A DNA stretch of 44,207 bases from an uncultured Atribacterota bacterium (GTDB lineage: Bacteria; Atribacterota; Phoenicimicrobiia; Phoenicimicrobiales; Phoenicimicrobiaceae), in NCBI GenBank assembly GCA_964567215.1, contig CAZMLS010000002.1, positions 1 through 44,207 of the forward strand, written 5' to 3'. The position numbers and the translations under genes are program-made. Below, in pieces: positions 1 to 9,147 of this stretch (the stretch's first letter is position 1; each line of letters begins with the position of its first letter). Below the pieces are notes generated by a model, which was not told where the DNA came from, ran no database searches, and saw only the letters and a list, made by a program, of their open reading frames with translations.

Positions 1-724
1 TTGATATATTGATATTCATGGGGCAAATCCGGTCACAAGCTTTGCAATTTATACAGGTTTTTTCGTTTCTCTTTAGTTTTACAATTCTAAAGAAATTAAA
101 AATCCCCAATAAAGCGCCAAGCGGGCAGAAATATTTACACCAAGGTCTTTCTATAAATAAAGAAGCGATTAATACTACTGCAAGTATAAACAGAGATAGT
201 CTGGTGACTTCATCAGACCAGATATTAAATAAAGCAAAATAAGGATCAAAATTAGAAAATAGTAATTTTGCCGAAGTTGCAGTTTTAACCACTACTAAAA
301 TTAAAATGATATATCTAATATATCTTAACAGCGTATCTAATTTAATAGGGATAAAATGATTATATCTCTTCTTAAAAATTTTTCTGCCAATCTTGCCTAG
401 AAATTCTTGAACCGTCCCAAAAGGGCAAATCCAGCCACAAAAGACCGGACCAAAAAGTAAAGTCAAACCGAGGATCAGCCACATTAAAGTAAAAGATGAT
501 TGAGAAATTTTTTGTATGAATGTTCCTTCGGTAAAATAGCTATATAGGGTTACAACTCCTCCGAAAGGGCAAACTGCATGAAGAGAAGGACTGCCGATTA
601 ATAAAGGTTCCAAGCCTTGCTCACTCCGAAAATGATTAAAGCTAATTAAAACTATTAAAGCAAGAAAAAATATCTGAACTGCTAATCTTATTAGACGCTT
701 ATTCTTATTTTGTTTTTTATTCAT
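1..724 (-). CDS. 4Fe-4S binding polytopic membrane protein (NapH/MauN-like); C-terminus cut by window edge
   Basis: Not in the ORF track. My reverse-strand translation from ATG at 724 is open for 241 codons to the edge: MNKKQNKNKRLIRLAVQIFFLALIV... It has two CPFG-type motifs (AVCPFGG, GWICPFGT), then CKYFCPLG, and a ferredoxin motif CINCKACDRICP at the edge. Confidence 0.85.
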   Translation of the reverse strand, partial: MNKKQNKNKRLIRLAVQIFFLALIVLISFNHFRSEQGLEPLLIGSPSLHAVCPFGGVVTLYSYFTEGTFIQKISQSSFTLMWLILGLTLLFGPVFCGWICPFGTVQEFLGKIGRKIFKKRYNHFIPIKLDTLLRYIRYIILILVVVKTATSAKLLFSNFDPYFALFNIWSDEVTRLSLFILAVVLIASLFIERPWCKYFCPLGALLGIFNFFRIVKLKRNEKTCINCKACDRICPMNINIS

Positions 725-800
725 AAATATTAGGCCGCCTTTCGTTAGAAAATTTATTCTACATACAAATATTTTTTTCACAAAATAGTTGTATAATAAG

Positions 801-836
801 CAATGACTCCCCTGCTCTATAGTAGGGGAGTCATTG
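801..836 (-). terminator. Strong hairpin downstream of the 867..1499 gene (probable intrinsic terminator, weak U-tract)
   Basis: caatgactcccct (801-813) pairs perfectly with aggggagtcattg (824-836): 13 bp, 10-nt loop. The minus-strand trailing sequence CUUAUUAUAC is only moderately U-rich. Confidence 0.55.
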
Positions 837-866
837 TATTTCGCGATTTAAATCTTTTTGCTTAAT

Positions 867-1499
867 CTATATCTGTTTCAATTTCTCTGCAAGTTCCATT
901 ATCTGATAAGGTAAAAATCTATATTCTCCCCTTAAATCATCTATGGTATTGTTAGTGTTATATTCCTGAGTAAGTTTAAATTCATTTTTAATACTTGTTA
1001 ACAGTTGCTCAGCATCTTCTATTCCCCAGAGGGTAGCAATGTCTGCAATGGTCATAGTCTTCATTTCCATTCCACTTACATGAGCTTGTAATCCGTCAAT
1101 ATTATCAGAAGAATTTCTTCTCCAACCATTTCCCTTTGGCTCACTATCACAAGTTCCGTCACATTCTTCATCACAATCATGCTGTGTATAATCCGAATCT
1201 TGTCCGTTGGGAATACCATCTCCATCCTCATCAGGTGCGTTTTCTCTGTTGCTCATTCCGGTATTCATTTCACTATTCAGGTTCTCTGCGCAATCTTCAC
1301 AATTTTGGTTTTGTGCCTGAAATGAGTTACCTCTATTATTTTGCATGCCATATCCTGGAGTATTAATATTTCCTTTTAATCCTCCATTCATTCCGTTCGT
1401 TCCATTGTTATCTGCTAAAGCTATAGCTGAAAACATTCCTACTATTAATGTTAAGGACAGTAGGATAATTCCTCCTTTTGAAATTCTTGAATTTTTCAT
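867..1499 (-). CDS. Secreted or membrane-anchored low-complexity protein (Asn/Gly-rich, then Asp/Cys-rich, then a helical C-terminal domain); function unknown
   Basis: Start moved to the internal ATG at 1499 (MKNSRISKGGIILLSLTLIVGMFSAIALA signal/anchor), preceded by AGGAGG 8 nt upstream. Contains a DEDGDGIPNGQDSD thrombospondin-type-3-like acidic motif and CDEECDGTCD. Confidence 0.7.
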   Translation of the reverse strand: MKNSRISKGGIILLSLTLIVGMFSAIALADNNGTNGMNGGLKGNINTPGYGMQNNRGNSFQAQNQNCEDCAENLNSEMNTGMSNRENAPDEDGDGIPNGQDSDYTQHDCDEECDGTCDSEPKGNGWRRNSSDNIDGLQAHVSGMEMKTMTIADIATLWGIEDAEQLLTSIKNEFKLTQEYNTNNTIDDLRGEYRFLPYQIMELAEKLKQI

Positions 1500-1610
1500 T
1501 CTATTCGTTCCTCCTAAAAATTTTCTTTTGTTGACAAATTTTGTCATTCACCTATTAATACGTAAAGTGGAGGAACTTTCTTTCATTTTAATTATAAATA
1601 TTATTTTTTC

Positions 1611-3278
1611 CTATAATCCTTCTACCATCATATCCCGGGGATGTTCAACGGTAAAGGTATAAGATATCTCCTGTTTATCTTGTGGTTCCAATTCTAACTC
1701 CCAAAGCCAAATTCCCTTTCTATCATCCCAATCCTTTACATCCGGCTCCAGGCTTACCTCGTTTATCTTTGTTTTAATGCGGTCATCTTCTGAAACAGCC
1801 ATAGCTTCAAACAGCTTTATTTTAATCTTTTTAGATTTATAATTCTCTACAGTTAACTTATATTTAAAAGTCGTCTTCTTAGTCCGCGAAGGTATTCCGG
1901 CAATTAAAGTTTTATCAACTTTCTTCTCCAGAAGCTCTCTCTTTACTTTAACATTTTCATCTATACCCAGATAAAGGTCAAATTCCTCTCCGGGAGCAAT
2001 ATTATCAATATGTGATGTGCCCACAAAATCTCCCTCTAAAAATATATTCACTTGACCGGCAAGTAATTGGAGAGTTTTACTATTAGCCACCCGGGAACCA
2101 AGATAAGCAAAAGGGCTGACCCGGGGATAAGTAGAGTATTCAAATTCGGCACTTAAGTTTTGCGAAGAAACGGGAAATTTATTTTCAGATTTATCAGCTT
2201 TTACAGTTATTTTATAAGGAAGCTGATAAGAAACTGCGACTCCCCTTTCCACGGCTATAGCATATTTCACCTCTGACACCATCCCTTCTCCAGCAATTTC
2301 TTCTTCTGCCCTAAATGCTTGTTTTTGATAGAGCGAAGCAGGAGCTTCAGATATTTTATCGGTCATTACATGTGGCTCATATGGTTTTAAAGTCCAGGGA
2401 GATACAAAAGGCATATTTCCTCCGATTCTCGGCTTAGCTGTGGACAAAGTACAGTTTACGTCTAACCAGTCTTCGCCGGTAATCTGTCTAATTACTCCGT
2501 AAGAAACCAGTTCGACTTCAGATTTTTCAAAACCTGCCCTGGCGTCATATATAGGGTTCCAGGAAGCGCCATTTACCAGATAAGAAATATGTAAATCTGC
2601 TATTCCTGATTTTAATACTTCTAATTCTGCTATAATTGACCTTTTTAATTTCTTCTGCGCTCCGGATATTTGAGATAATTCCTTTTTTAAAACACTCACT
2701 TTATTTTTCAAATTTCGAGTTTCAATGTCGCAATTCAAGCCTTGAGAATAATATCCTTTTAATTCCGTATCTAAAAAGTCCAATATGTTTTTTAAATCAC
2801 CGATTGCCGGTATGTTAGTCACTAAATCCTGGGGAATTTGTCCTTCGGAGAACAAAGTAATGGAATCTAAAAATTTTTTCTTCTCTAAAAGCAATGATTT
2901 TGAATTTTGAATTTCTTTTATTCGATCTTCTAATTTTTGAATTTCTTCTTTTAATTGTCTTATCCTTTCTGATGGAATTTCTTCTAAATACTCTTTTTTT
3001 ACCTGTGCTCCAAAAAGTCTTATGGGAATTTCTCCGGAGACAGAAACCCTTAAGGAATTTTCATCAACTTCAGAAATGATGTTGGGAAAAATGATCTTGT
3101 AAGAACCTTTTTCAAGATTAAGATTTGTTACTCGTTCTACTAAAGCAGAATCCGGATAGACGAATATGCGATCAATTTCCGATTTCACTTCTAACTCTGT
3201 AGAAGCAACCGATACACCAAAACTGATTAGAAAAACTAATGATGAAAAGATGATAATTTTTATTATTTTATTATTCAT
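1611..3278 (-). CDS. DUF4139/DUF4140 (mucoidy-inhibitor MuiA-like, TIGR02231-type) secreted protein
   Basis: Start moved to ATG 3278 (MNNKIIKIIIFSSLVFLISFGVSVAS signal) with AAGGAG 5 nt upstream. N-terminal beta-rich region, central coiled coil (RIRQLKEEIQKLEDRIKEIQ) and a large C-terminal domain are typical of this family, recognised by eye. Confidence 0.7.
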   Translation of the reverse strand: MNNKIIKIIIFSSLVFLISFGVSVASTELEVKSEIDRIFVYPDSALVERVTNLNLEKGSYKIIFPNIISEVDENSLRVSVSGEIPIRLFGAQVKKEYLEEIPSERIRQLKEEIQKLEDRIKEIQNSKSLLLEKKKFLDSITLFSEGQIPQDLVTNIPAIGDLKNILDFLDTELKGYYSQGLNCDIETRNLKNKVSVLKKELSQISGAQKKLKRSIIAELEVLKSGIADLHISYLVNGASWNPIYDARAGFEKSEVELVSYGVIRQITGEDWLDVNCTLSTAKPRIGGNMPFVSPWTLKPYEPHVMTDKISEAPASLYQKQAFRAEEEIAGEGMVSEVKYAIAVERGVAVSYQLPYKITVKADKSENKFPVSSQNLSAEFEYSTYPRVSPFAYLGSRVANSKTLQLLAGQVNIFLEGDFVGTSHIDNIAPGEEFDLYLGIDENVKVKRELLEKKVDKTLIAGIPSRTKKTTFKYKLTVENYKSKKIKIKLFEAMAVSEDDRIKTKINEVSLEPDVKDWDDRKGIWLWELELEPQDKQEISYTFTVEHPRDMMVEGL

Positions 3279-3291
3279 ATAAAGCTCCTTA

Positions 3292-3729
3292 CTATTTATT
3301 TTCTCTCGAATAGAGACCAATCAGTTCAGCAGTAGTTAAAATATGTCCTTCCATAGCTTCTTCTAATTCCTTTTTCTTACATCCTTCATCAATATGCAGT
3401 TTTTCATCTAAAGCATATATTTTAAAGAAATATCGGTGAGTTCCTGATGGAGGACAGGGACCTCCATATTCCAATTTTCTAAAATCATTTATTCCTTGTG
3501 TACCGGGGACAGAATTTTCTTCTATCGTTTCGGTAATATGAATATTAAATAATATCCAATGAATCCATGTTCCCATAGGCGCATCCGGATCTTCCATAAT
3601 AAGAGCAAGTCTTTTGGCTCCCTCCGGAATATCCTCAATAATTAAGCAGGGATTAATGTCTTCTCCATCACAAGTAAATTTTTTCGGAATCATCTCGTTG
3701 TTTTCAAAATCAAGACTTTCTAATTTCAT
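3292..3729 (-). CDS. YbhB/YbcL-family PEBP (Raf kinase inhibitor-like) protein
   Basis: Start at ATG 3729 (MKLESLDFENN...) with GAGGAGG 8 nt upstream. Motifs DPDAP, WIHW and GGPCPPSGTHRYFFKIYALD. Confidence 0.88.
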   Translation of the reverse strand: MKLESLDFENNEMIPKKFTCDGEDINPCLIIEDIPEGAKRLALIMEDPDAPMGTWIHWILFNIHITETIEENSVPGTQGINDFRKLEYGGPCPPSGTHRYFFKIYALDEKLHIDEGCKKKELEEAMEGHILTTAELIGLYSRENK

Positions 3730-3918
3730 TATATTTTCCTCCTCAATATTTGTTAATATTATTTTTGCTATATCATATACTATTTTTGCTCCCTCTAAAT
3801 CTGGTTTTAGAACTAACATCCTGCAATTAACACCTGCTTAATAATTAACTAATTAAGATGAAAGATTAACCGGATGGTTACCTATCTAAATTAGTTGTTA
3901 CTTTTTTCTTTTTTTCTT

Positions 3919-3967
3919 CTTCACTAAATACTAAATACCAACGACTAAATACTAATTTTACTATTTC
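3919..3967. repeat. Intergenic repeat, copy A (CTTCACTAAATACTAA...ACCAACGACTAA...ACTATTTCA)
   Basis: 16/16 nt identical to 5212-5227, followed by a similar ACCA[A/G]CGACTAA and ACTATT(T)CA tail. Confidence 0.6.
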
Positions 3968-3971
3968 AATA

Positions 3972-4898
3972 TTAAACTGACTTTTCATCTATTTTAGTTT
4001 TGTTTTTAATTAAATTCTTAATTTCCTTTTCCAGCCATTGGGGATATTCGGGAACTGCTCCGGATTGAGAAACAACAAAATTACCTACCATTTCAGCAAT
4101 CTCTGTCGCTTCGTAAATGCCGCTCCCACATAAATAAGCAAATAAGAAACCGGCGCTAAAACTATCTCCGGCTCCTACAGTATCGGTTACCGGTCCGTTT
4201 ATTCCCGGTATCTTCTCCAAAAGGTTATGGTGATATACGGATGCCCCGTCTTTGCCATGAGTAATACATACAATAGAAAGGTCATATTTTTGAACAAGGG
4301 TTTCAAAAAAATCTTTTTGCTTTAATCTTCGACCAAAAAGCATTTCGGAAAGTGTAAAAGCTTCCCGGTTGTTTAATTTAACAATTGTGCTTTGACATAA
4401 CGATTTTTCAATCCACTCTTTCCGGTAGTAATTTTGCCTTAAATTTACGTCATAAAATATATGGTGAGGTTTAATGGAAAGAAGAATACGGTTAAGGGTT
4501 TCTCTATTTTCCAAGGTTCGTTGGGCGAGCGTTCCAAAACAAAATATTTCCCATTTGGTTTTAGTTAAATTATTTATTAAATCCTGACTCAAAACAATAT
4601 TGTCCCAGGCAACATTTTCGTTTATCTGGTAAGTAGGGTGACCGTTTTTATCCAGGCTCACTTCAACCGTTCCGGTAGGCAAATTAGGGTTTATCTTAAT
4701 GAAAGTGGTATCAATACCTCTTTTCTTCGCTTCTTTTAAGGCTTTTTGTCCTAAATCATCATTGCCGACTGATGAAATAAAGGTCGATTTACATCCCATT
4801 TTAGTCAGATGAACAGCCAGATTAAACGGTGCACCGCCAATATATGCTTTGCCATTTATTATATCCCAAAGTATTTCCCCGAAAGACAATATGTGCAT
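3972..4898 (-). CDS. PfkB-family carbohydrate kinase (fructokinase-like)
   Basis: N-terminal FGEILWD...GGAPFN and C-terminal DTVGAGDSFSAGFL ribokinase/PfkB signature. GAGGTG RBS before the ATG. Confidence 0.88.
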   Translation of the reverse strand: MHILSFGEILWDIINGKAYIGGAPFNLAVHLTKMGCKSTFISSVGNDDLGQKALKEAKKRGIDTTFIKINPNLPTGTVEVSLDKNGHPTYQINENVAWDNIVLSQDLINNLTKTKWEIFCFGTLAQRTLENRETLNRILLSIKPHHIFYDVNLRQNYYRKEWIEKSLCQSTIVKLNNREAFTLSEMLFGRRLKQKDFFETLVQKYDLSIVCITHGKDGASVYHHNLLEKIPGINGPVTDTVGAGDSFSAGFLFAYLCGSGIYEATEIAEMVGNFVVSQSGAVPEYPQWLEKEIKNLIKNKTKIDEKSV

Positions 4899-5211
4899 AT
4901 TTCACCTCTAATTATAAGTCTATCAAGTAGAATTGCACTCTTATAATTTATAATTCTATAAAATTTACTCAAATCCTCTTTTTTTAACCAAATAGATTAA
5001 AATTTTCATTTTTTATCAAAATACTTTGTTAATAATTGCTAGTTTTAAATGCAAGATACAAAATGCGAGTTAATTGACCAATTCGCGTCAATTCTCCTAT
5101 TCACACCTTCGTGGGACGGGAATCTATCTCATCTATCATGTTATTACTTGCAAGCGGACGAAACGATTAGAATGATCTAATTTTGCATCTTAAATTTATT
5201 CTCTGCATTTC

Positions 5212-5250
5212 CTTCACTAAATACTAACGACCAGCGACTAACGACTATTC
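5212..5250. repeat. Intergenic repeat, copy B
   Basis: CTTCACTAAATACTAA identical to 3919-3934, then CGACCAGCGACTAACGACTATTCA. Sits just upstream of the CBS gene promoter region. Confidence 0.6.
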
Positions 5251-5314
5251 AGGCTTGCTAAAAATTAAAATCGGAATATAATAGATAAAAAAACGCTGCA
5301 AGGGAGAATTTATC

Positions 5315-5749
5315 TTGAAAATAAAAGAAGTCATGATACCGGATTTAACTTCTGTATCGGAAAATACCACAATAAAAGAAGCGCTTAAAATTTTAAGTAT
5401 GCAACGTCTCTTCGGGCTACCCGTTGTTGATAATGAACAAAATGTAATCGGTATCATTACCGAAAGTGACATTACTAAAGCTTGTTTGCCTGATTATTAT
5501 AAAGAATTACAAAATCCTTTATTCTTGCCGGATTTTAATCAATTCTCCAAACAGGCTAAAAAAATTGCCCATCTGCCGGTAAAAGAATTTATGAATCAAA
5601 AAGTTTACACCATCGAAGAAAATACCAGCCGAACAGAAGCGGCTAATTTATTATTTAGAAAAAAATTAAGGTTTCTTCCTGTTGTAAGAGGAAAAAAATT
5701 AGTAGGGATATTAACCCCTTCTTCTTTGGGAAAGCATGCAATGGATTAA
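5315..5749 (+). CDS. CBS domain pair protein
   Basis: TTG start with AGGGAGA 7 nt upstream. Two CBS repeats (VMIPDLTSV...LPVVDNEQNVIGIITESDI, and FMNQKVYTI...LPVVRGKKLVGILT). Confidence 0.85.
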   Translation: MKIKEVMIPDLTSVSENTTIKEALKILSMQRLFGLPVVDNEQNVIGIITESDITKACLPDYYKELQNPLFLPDFNQFSKQAKKIAHLPVKEFMNQKVYTIEENTSRTEAANLLFRKKLRFLPVVRGKKLVGILTPSSLGKHAMD

Positions 5750-5884
5750 CAAATAAAATTCTATTTCAATAAATAATGGAAAAATATTTTTTAAATTTAT
5801 TTTAAGCTAATCGTAGACTCTAATCGAAATAAGTATATCTTACTAATTAATCAGCAAAAAGAAAGGAATAAATAAAGCACAAAC

Positions 5885-7159
5885 ATGAATCAAATTATCA
5901 TAGCTCTTATAATTTTTATCACTACTCTAACCTTTGTAAGCTTGGAAAAAATTAATCGCACTGTCATTGTATTATGCGGAGCTCTTCTTTTTATCATTTT
6001 AAAAATACTAAATCAGCATGAAGCATTTTTATCTATCGATTTTAATACAATTGGACTGCTAACCGGCATGATGGTTATGGTCTCTATTATAAAAAAGACC
6101 GGCTTGTTTCAATATTTAGCGATTAAAATTTCAAAATTTGCAAAAGGAAATATGTTCTATCTTTTATTTTCTCTAAGTATTATATCCGGAATCCTATCTT
6201 CTATTCTGGATAATGTAACTACTATAATATTAATTGTTCCCATTACTCTGGCCATATGTGAAAACCTGGAAATTTCTCCCGTTCCTTTTATATTATCTGA
6301 AATATTTGCTTCTAATATTGGAGGTACTGCTACCCTTATCGGTGATCCGCCGAACATAATTATCGGAAGTGCCGCTCATTTATCCTTTATGGATTTTATT
6401 ATAAATCTCGCTCCTTTTATTCTGGTATTGTTAATTTTGCTACCCTTCTTTATTCGATTATTTTTTAAAAAAGAGATGTCTCAAAATGCAAGTAAAAACT
6501 GGAAAAGAATAGAAAAATTCGACGAAAATAAAGCAATAGAAGATCCTTTGCTTCTTAAAAAATCTTTAATTTCTTTTTTTGTCACCATTATAGTCTTTAT
6601 TTTTCATCACAATTTGGGTTTGGAAGCAGCTACGGTTGCGTTATCCGGGGCAACGCTTTTGCTTTTAGTAAGCAATCTGGATCCCTCAGATAGCCTTTTG
6701 GAAGTAGAGTGGTCTACACTCTTCTTTTTCATGGGACTTTTTGTTGTTATTGCCGGAGTAGAAAAAGTAGGAATTATCCAATGGTTAAGTATAAAAATTA
6801 TTAATTTAACTAAAGAAAACCTTCCGCTTGCAACCTTGGTCATTTTGTGGATTTCAGCCTTATCCTGTTCTTTTATTAATAATATATCTTATACAATTTC
6901 CCTGGTGCCAATCATTCAAAATATTGGTGAAGCAACTTCCTTTAATCTTAATCCTATCTGGTGGGCTTTATCCCTGGGTGCCTGTCTGGGAGGAAACGGG
7001 ACGTTTATTGCAGCTGCTGCTAATCTGGTAGGAGTAAATATATTAAAAAGACAGGGAAAAATTATCACATTTAAAGATTTCTCCCGGGTTGGTTTCCCAA
7101 TAATGATAATTTCCATTATTCTTTCTTCTATATATCTTTACCTTAGATATCTTTGGTAA
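5885..7159 (+). CDS. ArsB/NhaD-superfamily anion/cation permease (YbiR-like)
   Basis: About 11-12 TM segments. Motifs LDNVTTIILIVPI and GGTATLIGDPPNIIIG, repeated in the C-terminal half (FINNISYTISLVPI, GGNGTFIAAAANLV). Confidence 0.85.
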   Translation: MNQIIIALIIFITTLTFVSLEKINRTVIVLCGALLFIILKILNQHEAFLSIDFNTIGLLTGMMVMVSIIKKTGLFQYLAIKISKFAKGNMFYLLFSLSIISGILSSILDNVTTIILIVPITLAICENLEISPVPFILSEIFASNIGGTATLIGDPPNIIIGSAAHLSFMDFIINLAPFILVLLILLPFFIRLFFKKEMSQNASKNWKRIEKFDENKAIEDPLLLKKSLISFFVTIIVFIFHHNLGLEAATVALSGATLLLLVSNLDPSDSLLEVEWSTLFFFMGLFVVIAGVEKVGIIQWLSIKIINLTKENLPLATLVILWISALSCSFINNISYTISLVPIIQNIGEATSFNLNPIWWALSLGACLGGNGTFIAAAANLVGVNILKRQGKIITFKDFSRVGFPIMIISIILSSIYLYLRYLW

Positions 7160-7262
7160 TTATTATACTTTTATAACCTGAATGTAAAATAACTTTATAA
7201 AGATTCTTAAATTTAATATTTTTAATCAATGATTATGTTAGCTTCCTGAATAATACTAATTC

Positions 7263-8567
7263 TTAATTCTCTTTTTCCATCATTACTTTAAGTATGGCTT
7301 CGTCTGTCGGTACCATTCCAGGATTACAGGTATAGCCCAGGTTTTTAAATAATTCTTTAAAATTACCGGCTAATATTCCGTCATTTTTATTAATGATTGC
7401 ACCTTTTATGGAAAGGATCGCAGATTGAACCGCCCAACCCGAAGCAAGTGCCAACTTATAAGCACACCCTTCTTTGGCTCCATCACAAATGATTCCTGCG
7501 ATTGATCCAACCATATTATACATAGCCCCGAGTATTTGATCTTTATTTCCATCCAATAAATATACGATTCCGGCACTGGCACCTATGCCAGCTGCTACCC
7601 CACAACCGCACATAGCAGATAATGTACCAGTATATGATTTTATAAACAGGGTAATTAAATTGGTCAGAGCAAGAGATCTTACTAATTTTTCTTCCGCTAT
7701 ATTCTTTTTTTCCGCAACTGCAAAAGGAGTTAAAAAAGCAGTGATGCCATGATTACCGCTTCCTGCGGTACTCATTACCGGAAGTCTACTACCCGACATC
7801 CGGGCTTGTGCTGCAGCTGAACAAAGAATCTGGGCACGACCGATAACATTATTCGCCATCAAACCGTCCTCAACCATTTCAATAAATTTCGCGCCTACAC
7901 CATTCTCAATCTTCAAACCTTCTTCAGCTATAGCTAAATTCATATTAATTCCTTCTTTTAGAAAATCCAATTCATCAATAGATATCTCATGGGAAAATTT
8001 TATCAGCTCTTTCAGTTCATACTTTTGAATTGTTTTTATAATTGGATTTATTTTGTTGTTTTCAATTAAAAATGGCTTAAAATTTTCTTTCCTATCAATT
8101 TTTTCAATGGAAACAATATTTAGATGACTATCTTTAATGATAACTCTTGCTTTTGATTCATCTGTAACCAGAATAACTTCAATATATAAACCTTGATAAT
8201 TTTCTTTTAAACTCAATTTAACTCTTTGCTGATGAATAATCTGCCTGGCCTTATCTAAATCATTCTCCGTAATATTGTCGATCACCCTTAACTCTTTTTT
8301 AGGATCTCCTGTAACAAATCCTAAAACTCCGCCTGCGATTAGCCCTTTTTCTTTAGTTCCCGGTATAATTACCATCAAACCGTTTTTATATATATTTGGA
8401 TCAACTTGAATATCTAAAGATTCTAATTGTCCATTAACCTGATCTCTGGCGGTAGCAACGGCATAAGCGACAGCGATAGGTTCGGTACAACCGGTAGCCG
8501 GCTTAATTCCCTCTCTCAACAAATTAAGCAATTCTTTTTGCATATTATTCAATAGAATTTCCTCCAC
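7263..8567 (-). CDS. UPF0597 / L-cysteine desulfidase family protein (CyuA/YhaM-like)
   Basis: KPATGCTEPIAVAYA, PVMSTAGSGNHGITA and ICDGAKEGCAYK motifs. Start uncertain: GTG 8567, TTG 8552 (8 nt after GGAGG) or ATG 8543. Confidence 0.85.
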   Translation of the reverse strand: MEEILLNNMQKELLNLLREGIKPATGCTEPIAVAYAVATARDQVNGQLESLDIQVDPNIYKNGLMVIIPGTKEKGLIAGGVLGFVTGDPKKELRVIDNITENDLDKARQIIHQQRVKLSLKENYQGLYIEVILVTDESKARVIIKDSHLNIVSIEKIDRKENFKPFLIENNKINPIIKTIQKYELKELIKFSHEISIDELDFLKEGINMNLAIAEEGLKIENGVGAKFIEMVEDGLMANNVIGRAQILCSAAAQARMSGSRLPVMSTAGSGNHGITAFLTPFAVAEKKNIAEEKLVRSLALTNLITLFIKSYTGTLSAMCGCGVAAGIGASAGIVYLLDGNKDQILGAMYNMVGSIAGIICDGAKEGCAYKLALASGWAVQSAILSIKGAIINKNDGILAGNFKELFKNLGYTCNPGMVPTDEAILKVMMEKEN

Positions 8568-8600
8568 TTGATTGATATCTAGTTGAGTAAAAATATTTTA

Positions 8601-8987
8601 TTAATCACAAATTGCTATCGCTTCAATCTCAATCTCTGCATCTTTTGGTAACCGGGCAACTTCTATACAGCTTCTTGCCGGAAATTCATCGGTGAAATAC
8701 TGGGCGTAAGCCGTATTAAATTCGGAAAAATCGTTCATATTTTTCAAAAACACGGTGGTTTTCACGACATTTTTCAGTGTAAGAGAGTATAGATCTAAAA
8801 GCGCAGATAGATTTTTTAAAATCTGTATTGTTTGTTTTTTAATGTCTCCCTTGACCAAATTTCCACTTTCAGGATTAACGGGAAGCTGTCCTGATATAAA
8901 CATTAATTTTCCGACTTTTACTGCCGGAGAATAAGGTCCAATAGCTGCAGGAACCTTTTCACTTACAAGAATGATCTTTTTTTCCAT
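8601..8987 (-). CDS. RidA (YjgF/TdcF) family reactive-intermediate deaminase
   Basis: 128 aa. APAAIGPYSPAVKVG...FISGQLP and the C-terminal PARSCIEVARLPKDAEIEIEAIA signature. Confidence 0.92.
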   Translation of the reverse strand: MEKKIILVSEKVPAAIGPYSPAVKVGKLMFISGQLPVNPESGNLVKGDIKKQTIQILKNLSALLDLYSLTLKNVVKTTVFLKNMNDFSEFNTAYAQYFTDEFPARSCIEVARLPKDAEIEIEAIAICD

Positions 8988-9147
8988 TATATATTCCTTT
9001 CATTTATTTATTTTCTTTATTATATAATTAATATTTCGATTTTTAAAATCTTTTTTTATCTAGCGTGGCTTTTTAATAAAATAAATCTGGTTGACAATAA
9101 TATTTTTCAATTTCATTGATTGGAACCTTTGTATTAAATATTAAATG

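Noticed and set aside
9-242. 77-aa plus-strand ORF at the left edge
   Set aside because: It lies entirely antisense to a 241-codon open frame with clear 4Fe-4S and membrane motifs. It has no RBS and a low-complexity composition.
1136-1662. Plus-strand ORFs 1136-1366 and 1345-1662
   Set aside because: They are antisense to the 867-1499 and 1611-3278 genes, with no RBS and compositional-artefact sequence.
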